Notes under the pieces: generated by a model | Seen by the model: only the letters and a program-made list of their open reading frames with translations | Database searches by the model: none | Told to the model about the DNA's origin: nothing | From: a virus | Length of the DNA stretch: 41,393 nt | Reading direction: 5' to 3' (one strand) | IMG/VR virus record: IMGVR_UViG_3300045988_064381 | Coordinates: 1 to 41,393 of that record | Position numbers and translations under genes: made by a program | Shown here: positions 8,002-15,996 of the stretch, piece after piece | How positions within the stretch are numbered: the stretch's first letter is position 1 | Layout of the letters: every line of letters begins with the position of its first letter

Positions 8002-8415
8002 ATGAGAGTACCAATGAGAGATACATATCAGGTTTTACCCGAGGGCGAATACATCTTTTTAATCACGGATGTAAAAGAAGATGAGGACTTTGGAAAAATC
8101 GAAATAACCCTCGAAACTAAAGAGGGTAAAAAGCACCGTGAAAGATTTAGCCTAAAAACAGCCGATGATGAGTGGAATGAGGGTGCATTAAATGCGTTTT
8201 CATATTTTTGCAAAACAGCCACCCAAGATTGGGAATCTGAGGAGATTGATCCACAGTCACTCGTGGGTTGCTACATAAAAGCCGAGGTCGAGCACACAAT
8301 CGTACAGTCTAACAAGGACACAGGTAAGACCGTCACTTTCGCCAACTTAGGTGATAAATGGTCAGCAGATGGTTTTGACGGTCAAAGTGATTTAATGTCA
8401 GCACTAGATGACTAA
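8002..8415 (+). CDS. Hypothetical protein, possibly a DUF669-like replication-module protein
   Basis: AAGGAGA RBS. The N-terminal pattern YQVLPEGEYIFLITDVKE...GKIEITLE resembles DUF669-type proteins from memory; this is not verified. Confidence 0.5.
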   Translation: MRVPMRDTYQVLPEGEYIFLITDVKEDEDFGKIEITLETKEGKKHRERFSLKTADDEWNEGALNAFSYFCKTATQDWESEEIDPQSLVGCYIKAEVEHTIVQSNKDTGKTVTFANLGDKWSADGFDGQSDLMSALDD

Positions 8416-8424
8416 TATATCTAT

Positions 8425-8447
8425 GGGTGTGGGATTGTCTCACACCC
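8425..8447 (+). other. Stem-loop directly after a stop codon (10-bp stem, no U tract)
   Basis: gggtgtggga ttg tctcacaccc pairs with one G-U. The sequence downstream is AATATTAAG, so it is not a classical terminator. Confidence 0.4.
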
Positions 8448-8470
8448 AATATTAAGAAAAGGAGTTATGA

Positions 8471-8926
8471 ATGAAATACACCGAATTTATTAAGAAAATA
8501 TGTAAACTCGACTTTGCTGTTAATAATACGGATGACATGATAATTTGCACAGACATATACAGTGATAAACCTGTTATAAGTATATCTAAGATTTCCCAAA
8601 ACAGTATGGACATTAATATTTCAGCAAGAGCACTCACTGACACGATGGCGATTAAATGGGCGACAAAGCTCGCTAGAACACCTCTCAAAGATAGAGAGGG
8701 GTCGGCTCAATATGAAATTATGTTGCCTAATTTATTAACCTCGGCTGAAAACCATCAGTATATCACGGAATATAAAGGCTATTACTTTGTAAGTGCACCC
8801 TCATCTCAATACGGTAAACGAGTGTTCTCCGAATACGACATGTTGAATGTACCCAAAGAGTACCATGTTTTTGCCAAAGATATCGAGACAGGTGAACCAT
8901 ATATATCTGAGGGGGTATCACTATGA
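8471..8926 (+). CDS. Hypothetical protein
   Basis: A 151-aa ORF with a GGAG RBS, coupled to the next ORF by an ATGA overlap. Confidence 0.6.
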   Translation: MKYTEFIKKICKLDFAVNNTDDMIICTDIYSDKPVISISKISQNSMDINISARALTDTMAIKWATKLARTPLKDREGSAQYEIMLPNLLTSAENHQYITEYKGYYFVSAPSSQYGKRVFSEYDMLNVPKEYHVFAKDIETGEPYISEGVSL

Positions 8927-9189
8927 GAGTCTCAACAGATTCAATCAGAATAGGTTCAATAGGAGTGGTCACTTTTAAACACAGACTAACCAACGCGACC
9001 ATCTCTGCCATCACTAACCCAAATCACAATATAGACCTAACGGAAAGACCTAATATACGAATCGTTTTTGATGACACAATCGAGCTTTATACAATGCGAG
9101 ACACTTTGAACATACTTATAGAATTTATCGAAAGAAACTATGATAACAGAATTAAGGAGAACCGAAATGAGATTGATAGACGCAGATAA
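8923..9189 (+). CDS. Hypothetical protein
   Basis: An 88-aa ORF with a GAGGGGG RBS. Confidence 0.5.
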   Translation: MRVSTDSIRIGSIGVVTFKHRLTNATISAITNPNHNIDLTERPNIRIVFDDTIELYTMRDTLNILIEFIERNYDNRIKENRNEIDRRR

Positions 9190-9559
9190 GCTGATAAAAG
9201 AAATTGTCAACACACCAACGAGATATGAAGATGATGGGATTGACGCAAGGTGTGGAATAGCGTATAGACAAAGTGAAATTTTAGACATCATTGACAGACA
9301 GCCCATTGTGGAACAGTGGCATAAACTCACATTCAGACCGATAACCCTTGAGGAAAAAGAATTTCATCCTGATTGGACAGAGATTGTCGAAAACTTGCCT
9401 AATCTTAATGAAGAGGTACTTGTGACCGATGGGACAAACATATGGGTAGATGGCTTTGAGATGGACGATTTCTTGTGCCTATCGATGTCGGGTTATGAAG
9501 TTGACGGAGTTGTAGCATGGATGGAAATACCACCATACAAGGGGGTACAGAATGACTGA
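9167..9559 (+). CDS. Hypothetical protein (MRLIDADKL... N-terminus)
   Basis: ATG 9167 lies 6 nt after AAGGAGA. It is chosen over the longer track ORF starting at 9140. Confidence 0.6.
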   Translation: MRLIDADKLIKEIVNTPTRYEDDGIDARCGIAYRQSEILDIIDRQPIVEQWHKLTFRPITLEEKEFHPDWTEIVENLPNLNEEVLVTDGTNIWVDGFEMDDFLCLSMSGYEVDGVVAWMEIPPYKGVQND

Positions 9560-9761
9560 GAAAAGAATAATATCGATTGAGGTGACTTGTTGTGCAGATT
9601 GTCCATTTTACTGTGAACCCTTACTCACATCACCATTACTACCACGAAAAGGCGTTTGTAAGAAAACAGGGAACTCTGATATTGAAAGTGCGTCATCACA
9701 TTTTATATGGGATTGCCCTTATAAATCAGAAAAGAGGGATAGCGATGATACCATACGATAG
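9552..9761 (+). CDS. Small Cys-rich protein
   Basis: A 69-aa ORF with CCADCPFYC ... VCKK ... WDCPY, a possible metal-binding arrangement. Confidence 0.5.
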   Translation: MTEKRIISIEVTCCADCPFYCEPLLTSPLLPRKGVCKKTGNSDIESASSHFIWDCPYKSEKRDSDDTIR

Positions 9762-9915
9762 ATTGATAAAGTACTCAACCATTTTTCTTGAATGGGGGAT
9801 AGATAATGTCGAAAAACTATTAGAGCGTGACGATTTCGACAAATTTAGCATAACCATACTTAACAAGCAGTTAGAAGAATACAAGTACGATTTAGAAGAG
9901 ATTAGAAAGGGGTGA
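9745..9915 (+). CDS. Hypothetical small protein
   Basis: ATG 9745 follows AGAGGGA. The upstream part of track ORF 9592.. overlaps 9552..9761 and is probably not translated. Confidence 0.4.
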   Translation: MIPYDRLIKYSTIFLEWGIDNVEKLLERDDFDKFSITILNKQLEEYKYDLEEIRKG

Positions 9916-9920
9916 GGGTA

Positions 9921-10031
9921 ATGGATTTATGTGCGTTTGGTATGTTCTGTATAATTTTAGGAACATTATTAGGATTGTATGCTATTTATCGTATGGAAAG
10001 AGAATCGAGAAAAGATAAGGAGCGTTGGTAA
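9921..10031 (+). CDS. Possible 36-aa membrane peptide
   Basis: GGGGTGAGGG RBS. The product MDLCAFGMFCIILGTLLGLYAIYRMERESRKDKERW has a hydrophobic core followed by a basic tail. Its stop overlaps the next ATG (TAATG). Confidence 0.35.
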   Translation: MDLCAFGMFCIILGTLLGLYAIYRMERESRKDKERW

Positions 10032-10705
10032 TGAAACTAAAAATAGAGTTAAGGCGAGACGGCACAACAATTTCAGGAAGAGAGTTGTGGCTAGATGAGA
10101 CTTTGAGGAGAACGATAGATGATACTGACTTTTTAATTAGCACAGATTTTCCCATTGAGTTCTCAGCAGGCAAGGTACATGTGAGAGGCAAACACGACTA
10201 TAAGAATGATACAGTTTTTTGCGAATCTTATGACAGCCTTGCGAGTGCAGAAAATGCGTATAAAAACATTATTAACCTTGTAAATGAGTTAAACGGTGAA
10301 TTAGGTGGAGTGGTAGACGAGCGAGGAAACATATTATTTACTAGAGGTGACATAATAGGGATATTACATCAACGAACAGGGGATTGGAGTGCATTAGAAA
10401 CGACCGATATCGACCAATCGGCAAAAGCTGATAAGGGGAAACTAGAGTTATCACTTGTAAATCCTCAGCTTGTCAAGGCAGTAGCTGAGGTGCGAATGTA
10501 TGGAACAGAGAAGTACGGAGATAGCGAGAATTGGCGAAAGGTAGAACCGAAAAGGTATGTAGACGCACTTTACAGACACTTACTTGCGTACATCGAGGGC
10601 AACGAGGTGGATGAGGAGAGTGGACTATCCCACCTATCACATATGGCTTGCAACATCAGTTTTCTACTTGATGAGGAATATCTCAAAGAGCATAAAGGGG
10701 AGTGA
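10031..10705 (+). CDS. Two-domain protein: unknown N-terminal domain plus a C-terminal DUF5664-like (dATP/dGTP diphosphohydrolase N-terminal type) domain
   Basis: The C-terminal KADKGKLELSLVNPQLVKAVAEVRMYGTEKYGDSENWRKV...ALYRHLLAYIEGNEVDEESGLSHLSHMACNISFLL matches my recollection of the K.D.GK...KYG..NW...RHL...ESG..HL.H...N..FLL signature. Confidence 0.6.
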   Translation: MKLKIELRRDGTTISGRELWLDETLRRTIDDTDFLISTDFPIEFSAGKVHVRGKHDYKNDTVFCESYDSLASAENAYKNIINLVNELNGELGGVVDERGNILFTRGDIIGILHQRTGDWSALETTDIDQSAKADKGKLELSLVNPQLVKAVAEVRMYGTEKYGDSENWRKVEPKRYVDALYRHLLAYIEGNEVDEESGLSHLSHMACNISFLLDEEYLKEHKGE

Positions 10706-10707
10706 CC

Positions 10708-11115
10708 ATGGGTGAAATAGATGTAACAAAGGTAACGGCAATAGAGTATCTTAGAAAATTTGTAAAAATAAAGAAAATGGAGACTTGCGATGATAATCTC
10801 TATGATAATTGCTATGATTGTAAATATGAAAATGTATCATGTTTAAACAAGAATGACTATATCAACTTGGATATAAAAGACCACATACAAAGAGTTATGG
10901 ATTTTGAACTATCTGAACCTAAGATTGATTGGTCAAAGGTCGAGAAAGATACCTTAATAGAGGTTAGCGATGACAATGAGGGGTGGTATAGGCGTTATTT
11001 CACAAAGTATCGGAATGGTAAGATATATTGCTATATTGGTGGTCGTACATCAAAAACAGCCCGTAATGCAAACCCATGGAAATATGCGAGAATGGTAGAT
11101 GATGACGATGAGTAA
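10708..11115 (+). CDS. Hypothetical protein
   Basis: ATG 10708 follows AAGGGGAG; 135 aa. Confidence 0.55.
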   Translation: MGEIDVTKVTAIEYLRKFVKIKKMETCDDNLYDNCYDCKYENVSCLNKNDYINLDIKDHIQRVMDFELSEPKIDWSKVEKDTLIEVSDDNEGWYRRYFTKYRNGKIYCYIGGRTSKTARNANPWKYARMVDDDDE

Positions 11116-11608
11116 AATAAAAATACCCACCACCATACCTGTACGAAAGCCTTGTCCGTTTTGTAATGGTAAAGCTGTATTAAAACGATGGAATATGCGA
11201 TACAACCTAGAATCCATCGCTTTTACAGTAGAGTGTAAAAAGTGCAAATCACACTCGATAGAGAATATCGACCCTGTGATTGCCGTAAAGAATTGGAGAA
11301 AGGAGTCATTTTCACCTCTAATGAAGTCATTGAATCGTAAATTAGATATTGAAGAGATCACTGAGAACTCAGTAGTCTCGGTAATAAGTCAAATCTTATC
11401 ATCAACAACAGGTGAGTTTAAGTCTCTATATATAAAGTCTCTAAATATGTCACCTACAGATAAAAAATATAAAGAGACTATGATAAAGTTAGACACAATC
11501 GAGAAAGAGTTGATACTCACAATAAACTATTGGAATCCCGGTATCGACGCAGAAGATACGATAGCACGAATCAAAGGTGATATTAAGAGAGAGCGAGGTA
11601 TAATATGA
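11099..11608 (+). CDS. Lar-like restriction-alleviation zinc-ribbon domain with a long C-terminal extension
   Basis: KPCPFCNGKAVLK ... VECKKCKSHS ... AVKNWRK resembles the Lar family pattern CPFCG...C..C...A...WN.R. Confidence 0.5.
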   Translation: MMTMSKIKIPTTIPVRKPCPFCNGKAVLKRWNMRYNLESIAFTVECKKCKSHSIENIDPVIAVKNWRKESFSPLMKSLNRKLDIEEITENSVVSVISQILSSTTGEFKSLYIKSLNMSPTDKKYKETMIKLDTIEKELILTINYWNPGIDAEDTIARIKGDIKRERGII

Positions 11609-11796
11609 CAAATCTTGAAATGATAAAAACTATGGATGTAGGTAGTCAATGGCTATTCAACACTACTGTAGATGGAATCGACTGGATAATTGCTGTTCAC
11701 AGACATGCGACAGGTTTTCAAATACAAACTATGTGCGATAACTCTGATATTCAAAAATGGCTACAGGAAGAATACAAAGAACCGAAAGGAGAATAA
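11605..11796 (+). CDS. Hypothetical small protein
   Basis: A 63-aa ORF coupled by an ATGA overlap. Confidence 0.5.
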   Translation: MTNLEMIKTMDVGSQWLFNTTVDGIDWIIAVHRHATGFQIQTMCDNSDIQKWLQEEYKEPKGE

Positions 11797-11797
11797 A

Positions 11798-12094
11798 ATG
11801 TCAAAAAGCTATTACTCAGATTATGTAAACCACTCACTTAGATTTTATGCTAGGTACAAGGAGCCGGTATTTAAGTCAGAGGTAGACCGTCTAAAATGGG
11901 AATCTTGTGACAAGGCATTTAAGTCACTAGACCCCAAGTTCACCGAGCCCATGTTGACCATCTATAGCCAATATGATGGCTTTAACGACAACGTACAGAG
12001 GGCTTGTATCGAGTATGATATTCCCGTTCAGCAGATGTGGGACACAATTAACACCCTAGAGCGTGAGGTTGCAAAAAACAGAGGACTAATATGA
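11798..12094 (+). CDS. Hypothetical protein; weak resemblance to a small HTH / sigma region-4-like regulator
   Basis: ATG 11798 follows AAAGGAGAA. The C-terminal ACIEYDIPVQQMWDTINTLEREVAKNRGLI looks HTH-like. This is a guess only. Confidence 0.5.
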   Translation: MSKSYYSDYVNHSLRFYARYKEPVFKSEVDRLKWESCDKAFKSLDPKFTEPMLTIYSQYDGFNDNVQRACIEYDIPVQQMWDTINTLEREVAKNRGLI

Positions 12095-12885
12095 CAAACT
12101 ATGACAAAATCCCTAACGAGTTACGAGCTCTAAAGCAGTGGGTATGTGCTTGGAAAGACAGCAAAACCCCCATGAGGGCGTGGGAGTATAAGGGTGCGTC
12201 CTCGGTTGACAATAATACTTGGGAGACTTATGATTATGCTATAGAATCGGTACGAGACGGCTTTTACGATTATCTAGGATTCGTATTTGCCGACAATGGC
12301 TATGTCGGTATAGATATAGACACAGGTTACGATGAGGACGGTCTCATCAGTGAGCTCGCAGTAGATATTATCAATAAGTGTAAAAGCTACACAGAAAAGT
12401 CTAAGAGTGGTCGAGGATTCCACATCTTGTTGAAAGGCGACTTGCCGTTCAGTGGAAAAAATAACCTTAATGGCGTCGAGATATATAAGTCAGCTAGGTT
12501 CTTCATAATGACCGGGAATACCTTTATGTATGATGAAATTGTCGAAAATCAGCAGGCAATAGATTACATAGTGGATAAATACTTTAATCTACCCACAAAA
12601 TCGCACACCTCAGCGAGTTTTACATCAGATAGGATATATACACCTATATGGGACAATCCTTTGTCAGAGGGCAAAATAAAGCTCCGACCTAGATATCCTA
12701 AAATCGACAAGGGTGGTCGTAATATATGCTTAACATCTATAGCAGGTAGTTTACATAATGCACATTATAGACAAGAAGAAATCTATAGAGAGCTACAGCA
12801 CATCAATAAGATTGCATGCGTACCCCCTCTATCGGACAGAGAGCTAAAGGTGATAAGTCGTAGCGTATCAAGATATGCGAGGTGA
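12091..12885 (+). CDS. Primase-polymerase (prim-pol) domain protein with a PriCT-like C-terminus
   Basis: ELRALKQWVCW, GFVFADNGYVGIDIDT and SKSGRGFHILLKG are prim-pol motifs. The C-terminus GGRNICLTSIAGSLHN...PLSDRELKVISRSVSRY is PriCT-like. Confidence 0.75.
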   Translation: MTNYDKIPNELRALKQWVCAWKDSKTPMRAWEYKGASSVDNNTWETYDYAIESVRDGFYDYLGFVFADNGYVGIDIDTGYDEDGLISELAVDIINKCKSYTEKSKSGRGFHILLKGDLPFSGKNNLNGVEIYKSARFFIMTGNTFMYDEIVENQQAIDYIVDKYFNLPTKSHTSASFTSDRIYTPIWDNPLSEGKIKLRPRYPKIDKGGRNICLTSIAGSLHNAHYRQEEIYRELQHINKIACVPPLSDRELKVISRSVSRYAR

Positions 12886-12892
12886 TATAATT

Positions 12893-14404
12893 ATGAGTAA
12901 CAATACCAAAAAAGACCCCCAAGTGGATATAGACCAGCTTTTTATAACACGCAATGGCAAAACCATCGCAGATGAGAGACTATCCGACAAGCTATACCAC
13001 ATCAAAAAAGAACGCCCAGAGCGTTCCAGCGAAAGTGACAGTGGGTACGAGTGGTCAGAGATGGGACTAGCAGAGCTTTTCTCAGTAGTCTATAAAAACG
13101 AGGTAAAATATTGCGAGGGGTATAAGAGCTGGTTTGTCTATAACGGTCACATATGGGACAAAGACCCTAGTGGTCATGCTACAGCAGGAAAACTACAAGA
13201 GTTTACGAGGTTACTTAATATCTATGCTTGGGATATCGCAGAGGAAGAAATCCGTAATGCCTACACAAAGTTTACTAAAAAGCTAGAGGACAGGCGTGTC
13301 AGAGACAGAGTACAAAAAGACGCTATAACAGAGCTATCAGTAGATCCGACTATATTTGACGCAAACCCATATCTAATCAACTGTAAAAACGGTACTTATG
13401 ACCTGAAAACACATAAGTTTACCGAGCACAGATGGGAAGATTTCCTGACTATGACAACTAAATTCGGATATGGTAGATTCAAGTACAAATCAGAGAGATG
13501 GTTAAAATTTATCGACGAAATCACAGAGGGCGATAAGCACAAAGCCGATTTCCTACAAAGGGCTCTAGGTTACTCACTACTAGGCGAAAGTAATGAAGAA
13601 TGTATGTTCATCTTACATGGTAAAACTACTAGAAATGGTAAATCGACTTTACTTAACACAATATGTAGTATGCTCGGAGACTACTCGACTGTAGCCAATG
13701 TACAGCTAATCTGTAAAGGCAGTAGTCAGAAATCACAATCGGCTACACCTGAGATAATGGCTCTAAAAGGTCGCAGATTTGTGACTATGGCTGAGAATGA
13801 GGACGACTCTAGGCTAGATGAGAGCAAGATAAAGCAGTTCACAGGTGGCGAAGAAATCACAGGTAGAGCCTTATACCAAGCTCCTATAACATTCCTACCT
13901 CAGTTTTCACTATGGTTATCTTGTAACGACTTACCCGAGGTCACAGACAAATCGCTATTTACATCTGAGCGACTAAAGGTCGTTGAGTTTAATAGGCATT
14001 TCTCACAAGCTGAGCAGGACAAGCACCTAAAATCAGAGCTACTCACAGAGGAGAACATGAGAGGTATATTTGCATGGCTCATAGAGGGCTATAAGAAATA
14101 CAAAAAACATGGTCTAGTAGTACCTGATGATATGCAAAAAGTAATCAAACGATATGAAGAGGATTGTGATGTGGTATTGCAGTTTTTAAATTGTCGATGT
14201 GAGAGAGTAGATGACGGTAAACTAACTAAGGTTAAAGAAATCCACACAGCATATAAAAGCTGGGCAAAAGGTGAGGGGCTACAGGTGATGTCTAGTAGAA
14301 AATTTAGAGCAGAAATTGACAGACACCCTGAGTGGTATGACCGTAAATCGACTAAGGATGGATATGTTGCATATGAGGGGTTAAAGTTAAAGGAAATAAT
14401 GTAG
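12893..14404 (+). CDS. D5/P4-family primase-associated SF3 helicase
   Basis: It has a D5_N-like YLINCKNGTYDLKTHKF and the Walker A LHGKTTRNGKST. ATG 12893 lies 7 nt after GAGGTGA. Confidence 0.8.
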   Translation: MSNNTKKDPQVDIDQLFITRNGKTIADERLSDKLYHIKKERPERSSESDSGYEWSEMGLAELFSVVYKNEVKYCEGYKSWFVYNGHIWDKDPSGHATAGKLQEFTRLLNIYAWDIAEEEIRNAYTKFTKKLEDRRVRDRVQKDAITELSVDPTIFDANPYLINCKNGTYDLKTHKFTEHRWEDFLTMTTKFGYGRFKYKSERWLKFIDEITEGDKHKADFLQRALGYSLLGESNEECMFILHGKTTRNGKSTLLNTICSMLGDYSTVANVQLICKGSSQKSQSATPEIMALKGRRFVTMAENEDDSRLDESKIKQFTGGEEITGRALYQAPITFLPQFSLWLSCNDLPEVTDKSLFTSERLKVVEFNRHFSQAEQDKHLKSELLTEENMRGIFAWLIEGYKKYKKHGLVVPDDMQKVIKRYEEDCDVVLQFLNCRCERVDDGKLTKVKEIHTAYKSWAKGEGLQVMSSRKFRAEIDRHPEWYDRKSTKDGYVAYEGLKLKEIM

Positions 14405-14474
14405 TTAGAATAATCCGTTAATATATACAAAAACGGATATAATGAGTAGTTTTTTATTTTAAAATATATATTTC

Positions 14475-14600
14475 AAGTGGAAAACAGTAAAATAAGTGGA
14501 GTTTTATATAATTTTGGGAAAGTTTTATATATAGGGGTCTCTATAGGGGACTTTACCCAAAGTACCTCAGAACTCCACTTGTTATCACTTAACTCCACTT
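14475..14600. repeat. Inverted and direct repeat cluster (AAGTGGAGTT / AACTCCACTT) in the intergenic region upstream of terS
   Basis: AAGTGGA occurs at 14475 and AAGTGGAGTT at 14494. The reverse complement AACTCCACTT occurs at 14571 and 14591. AGTTTTATATA and TATAGGGG are each present twice in between. An AT-rich tract lies at 14450-14475. Confidence 0.8.
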
Positions 14601-15315
14601 GGAGAAAGAGAGGGTAAAATTGAGTATAGAGCATAATAATGTGTTACTAGATGAGAATGGTAAGCCTATGGTCGATGAGGATGGAGATATAATTAGAATC
14701 TCCCCTAGAACAGGTAAACCTGTGCAAAAGAAGTTCTCACCTAAGTATAAGGGTGGTAAGAAAAAGAAAAAATGCCCCAATAAGTCGAAGAATGGGAAGA
14801 ACTCTCCCGTGATCGGTATGAATGGTTATGACTTGCAACCGGGAGATAATACTAATACGATGATGGTGGGGATTGAGATATTCAACTTACCTGAAATCGA
14901 CTTTGATAATGTGGATGAGGTGAATCAGAGGATAAATGAGTTCTTTGGTATATATGCTAAGTATGATATGAAACCGACTGTTGTAGGATTGGCGATGTCA
15001 CTAGGGATAAGTAGGTACAAGCTGATGGCTATTGTTAATGATAGACCTATTAATAGTCAAGGGTACTATGCGAATGTAAACATTTCCGTTGCCACGTCAA
15101 TCAAAAAAGCACACAATCTTATGGAGAATATGTGGGAGCAATACATGACATCAGGTAAGATTAACCCGGTAGCTGGAATTTTCCTAGGAAAAAACAACTT
15201 TGGGTATGCTGACAAACAGGAACACGTGGTCACACCGAACACACAAAGAGACGACGACTTTAGCACCGAGGATATCAGAGCAAGATATTTACCACCGACT
15301 ATAGAAAACGACTAA
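14599..15315 (+). CDS. terS: Terminase small subunit with a Lys-rich N-terminal extension (start uncertain: TTG 14599 or TTG 14620)
   Basis: INEFFGIYAKYDMKPTVVGLAMSLGISRYKLMAIVND is a typical TerS HTH segment. GAGAGGG lies 5 nt before TTG 14620. Confidence 0.7.
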   Translation: MEKERVKLSIEHNNVLLDENGKPMVDEDGDIIRISPRTGKPVQKKFSPKYKGGKKKKKCPNKSKNGKNSPVIGMNGYDLQPGDNTNTMMVGIEIFNLPEIDFDNVDEVNQRINEFFGIYAKYDMKPTVVGLAMSLGISRYKLMAIVNDRPINSQGYYANVNISVATSIKKAHNLMENMWEQYMTSGKINPVAGIFLGKNNFGYADKQEHVVTPNTQRDDDFSTEDIRARYLPPTIEND

Positions 15316-15543
15316 GAAATTAAAAAACCACTAGCGACTATTCGTTAGTGGTATTTTTATGCGACTATATTTTGATTTTACGAATTACAACTCTTATATT
15401 ACGAACAACTATGGCTAGAACCTATCTAATTTAATTTTTAAGCGACTTTTATGCGACTATTGATAAAATTATCGACTATAAATAAAAAATCGCTTAAAAC
15501 TCAATTTTGAGCCTTAAACGACTTTTGTTTAAAAACGACTATA
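15309..15543 (+). repeat. Array of 8 same-orientation CGACT(A/T)(A/T)(A/T) repeats
   Basis: CGACT starts at 15309, 15335, 15362, 15443, 15454, 15473, 15519 and 15536. A 14-mer TTTTATGCGACTAT occurs twice (about 15355 and 15447). Confidence 0.8.
15327..15359 (+). terminator. Intrinsic terminator after terS
   Basis: The stem accactagcga / tcgttagtggt (one G-U) has loop ctat and is followed by ATTTTTAT. An A-run precedes it, so it may act in both directions. Confidence 0.6.
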
Positions 15544-15564
15544 AAACCTCTTCATGATCCGGGG

Positions 15565-15780
15565 CTATAAAAACTCTTTTCCTGATCCTCTATCTATCCA
15601 TGTAATCTTAATATCGCAGTCTAGGGCGTCGGCGATCTCCTCAAGTTCCTGAGTCCTAAAGTTATCGCGACTAAAGATTTGAAATAGATTAGAGGGTGAT
15701 TTATTTAGTCTCTTTGCTAAATCTGAGTTCTTGATCCCTTTATAGCCCATTATCATTTTTATAATTTTTGATTGTTCCAT
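15565..15780 (-). CDS. XRE-family HTH regulator (island repressor candidate)
   Basis: GIKNSDLAKRLNKSPSNLFQIFSR is an HTH segment. The RBS is GAGGAG. It is transcribed divergently from the 15997.. operon. Confidence 0.8.
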   Translation of the reverse strand: MEQSKIIKMIMGYKGIKNSDLAKRLNKSPSNLFQIFSRDNFRTQELEEIADALDCDIKITWIDRGSGKEFL

Positions 15781-15797
15781 TTTAGTATCTCCTCTTC

Positions 15798-15957
15798 ATT
15801 TTGTAATTAATAAAATACCATAAAAAATATATTTTGTCAAATATCATTATTTATTGTAAAAATAATGCTATATATAAAGGAAGAAAAAATATTTATTAAA
15901 AAATAAAAAATATGCTTGACAAAGTAAATAAAAAGGTGTATTATTTAATTACAAAAT
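15798..15957. promoter_or_regulatory. Divergent promoter/operator region with a 13-bp inverted repeat
   Basis: ATTTTGTAATTAA (15798-15810) is the exact reverse complement of TTAATTACAAAAT (15945-15957). A possible minus-strand promoter is TTGACA (complement of 15835-15840), a 17-nt spacer, then TATTTT. Confidence 0.5.
15916..15944 (+). promoter_or_regulatory. Sigma70-type promoter for the 15997-18604 operon
   Basis: TTGACA (15916-15921), a 17-nt spacer and TATTAT (15939-15944). An operator copy begins 1 nt downstream. Confidence 0.6.
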
Positions 15958-15996
15958 AAATAAAGTTAATTTTAAAATGAAAGTTGAGGTCATAAG

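Noticed and set aside
14413-14438. A hairpin (ATCCGTT / AACGGAT) after the primase-helicase gene, considered as a terminator.
   Set aside because: The stem is only 7 bp with a 12-nt loop, and the T tract starts about 12 nt later. It may be a weak terminator at best.
15380-15412. TTACGAA motifs in the island's left border share the ACGAA half-site of the CI/Cro operator region.
   Set aside because: A 5-6-nt match is expected many times by chance in 41 kb, and there is no dyad arrangement here.
15845-15867. The palindrome CATTATTT-N7-AAATAATG in the island's intergenic region.
   Set aside because: It is pure A/T sequence in an extremely AT-rich spacer, where such dyads arise readily by chance.
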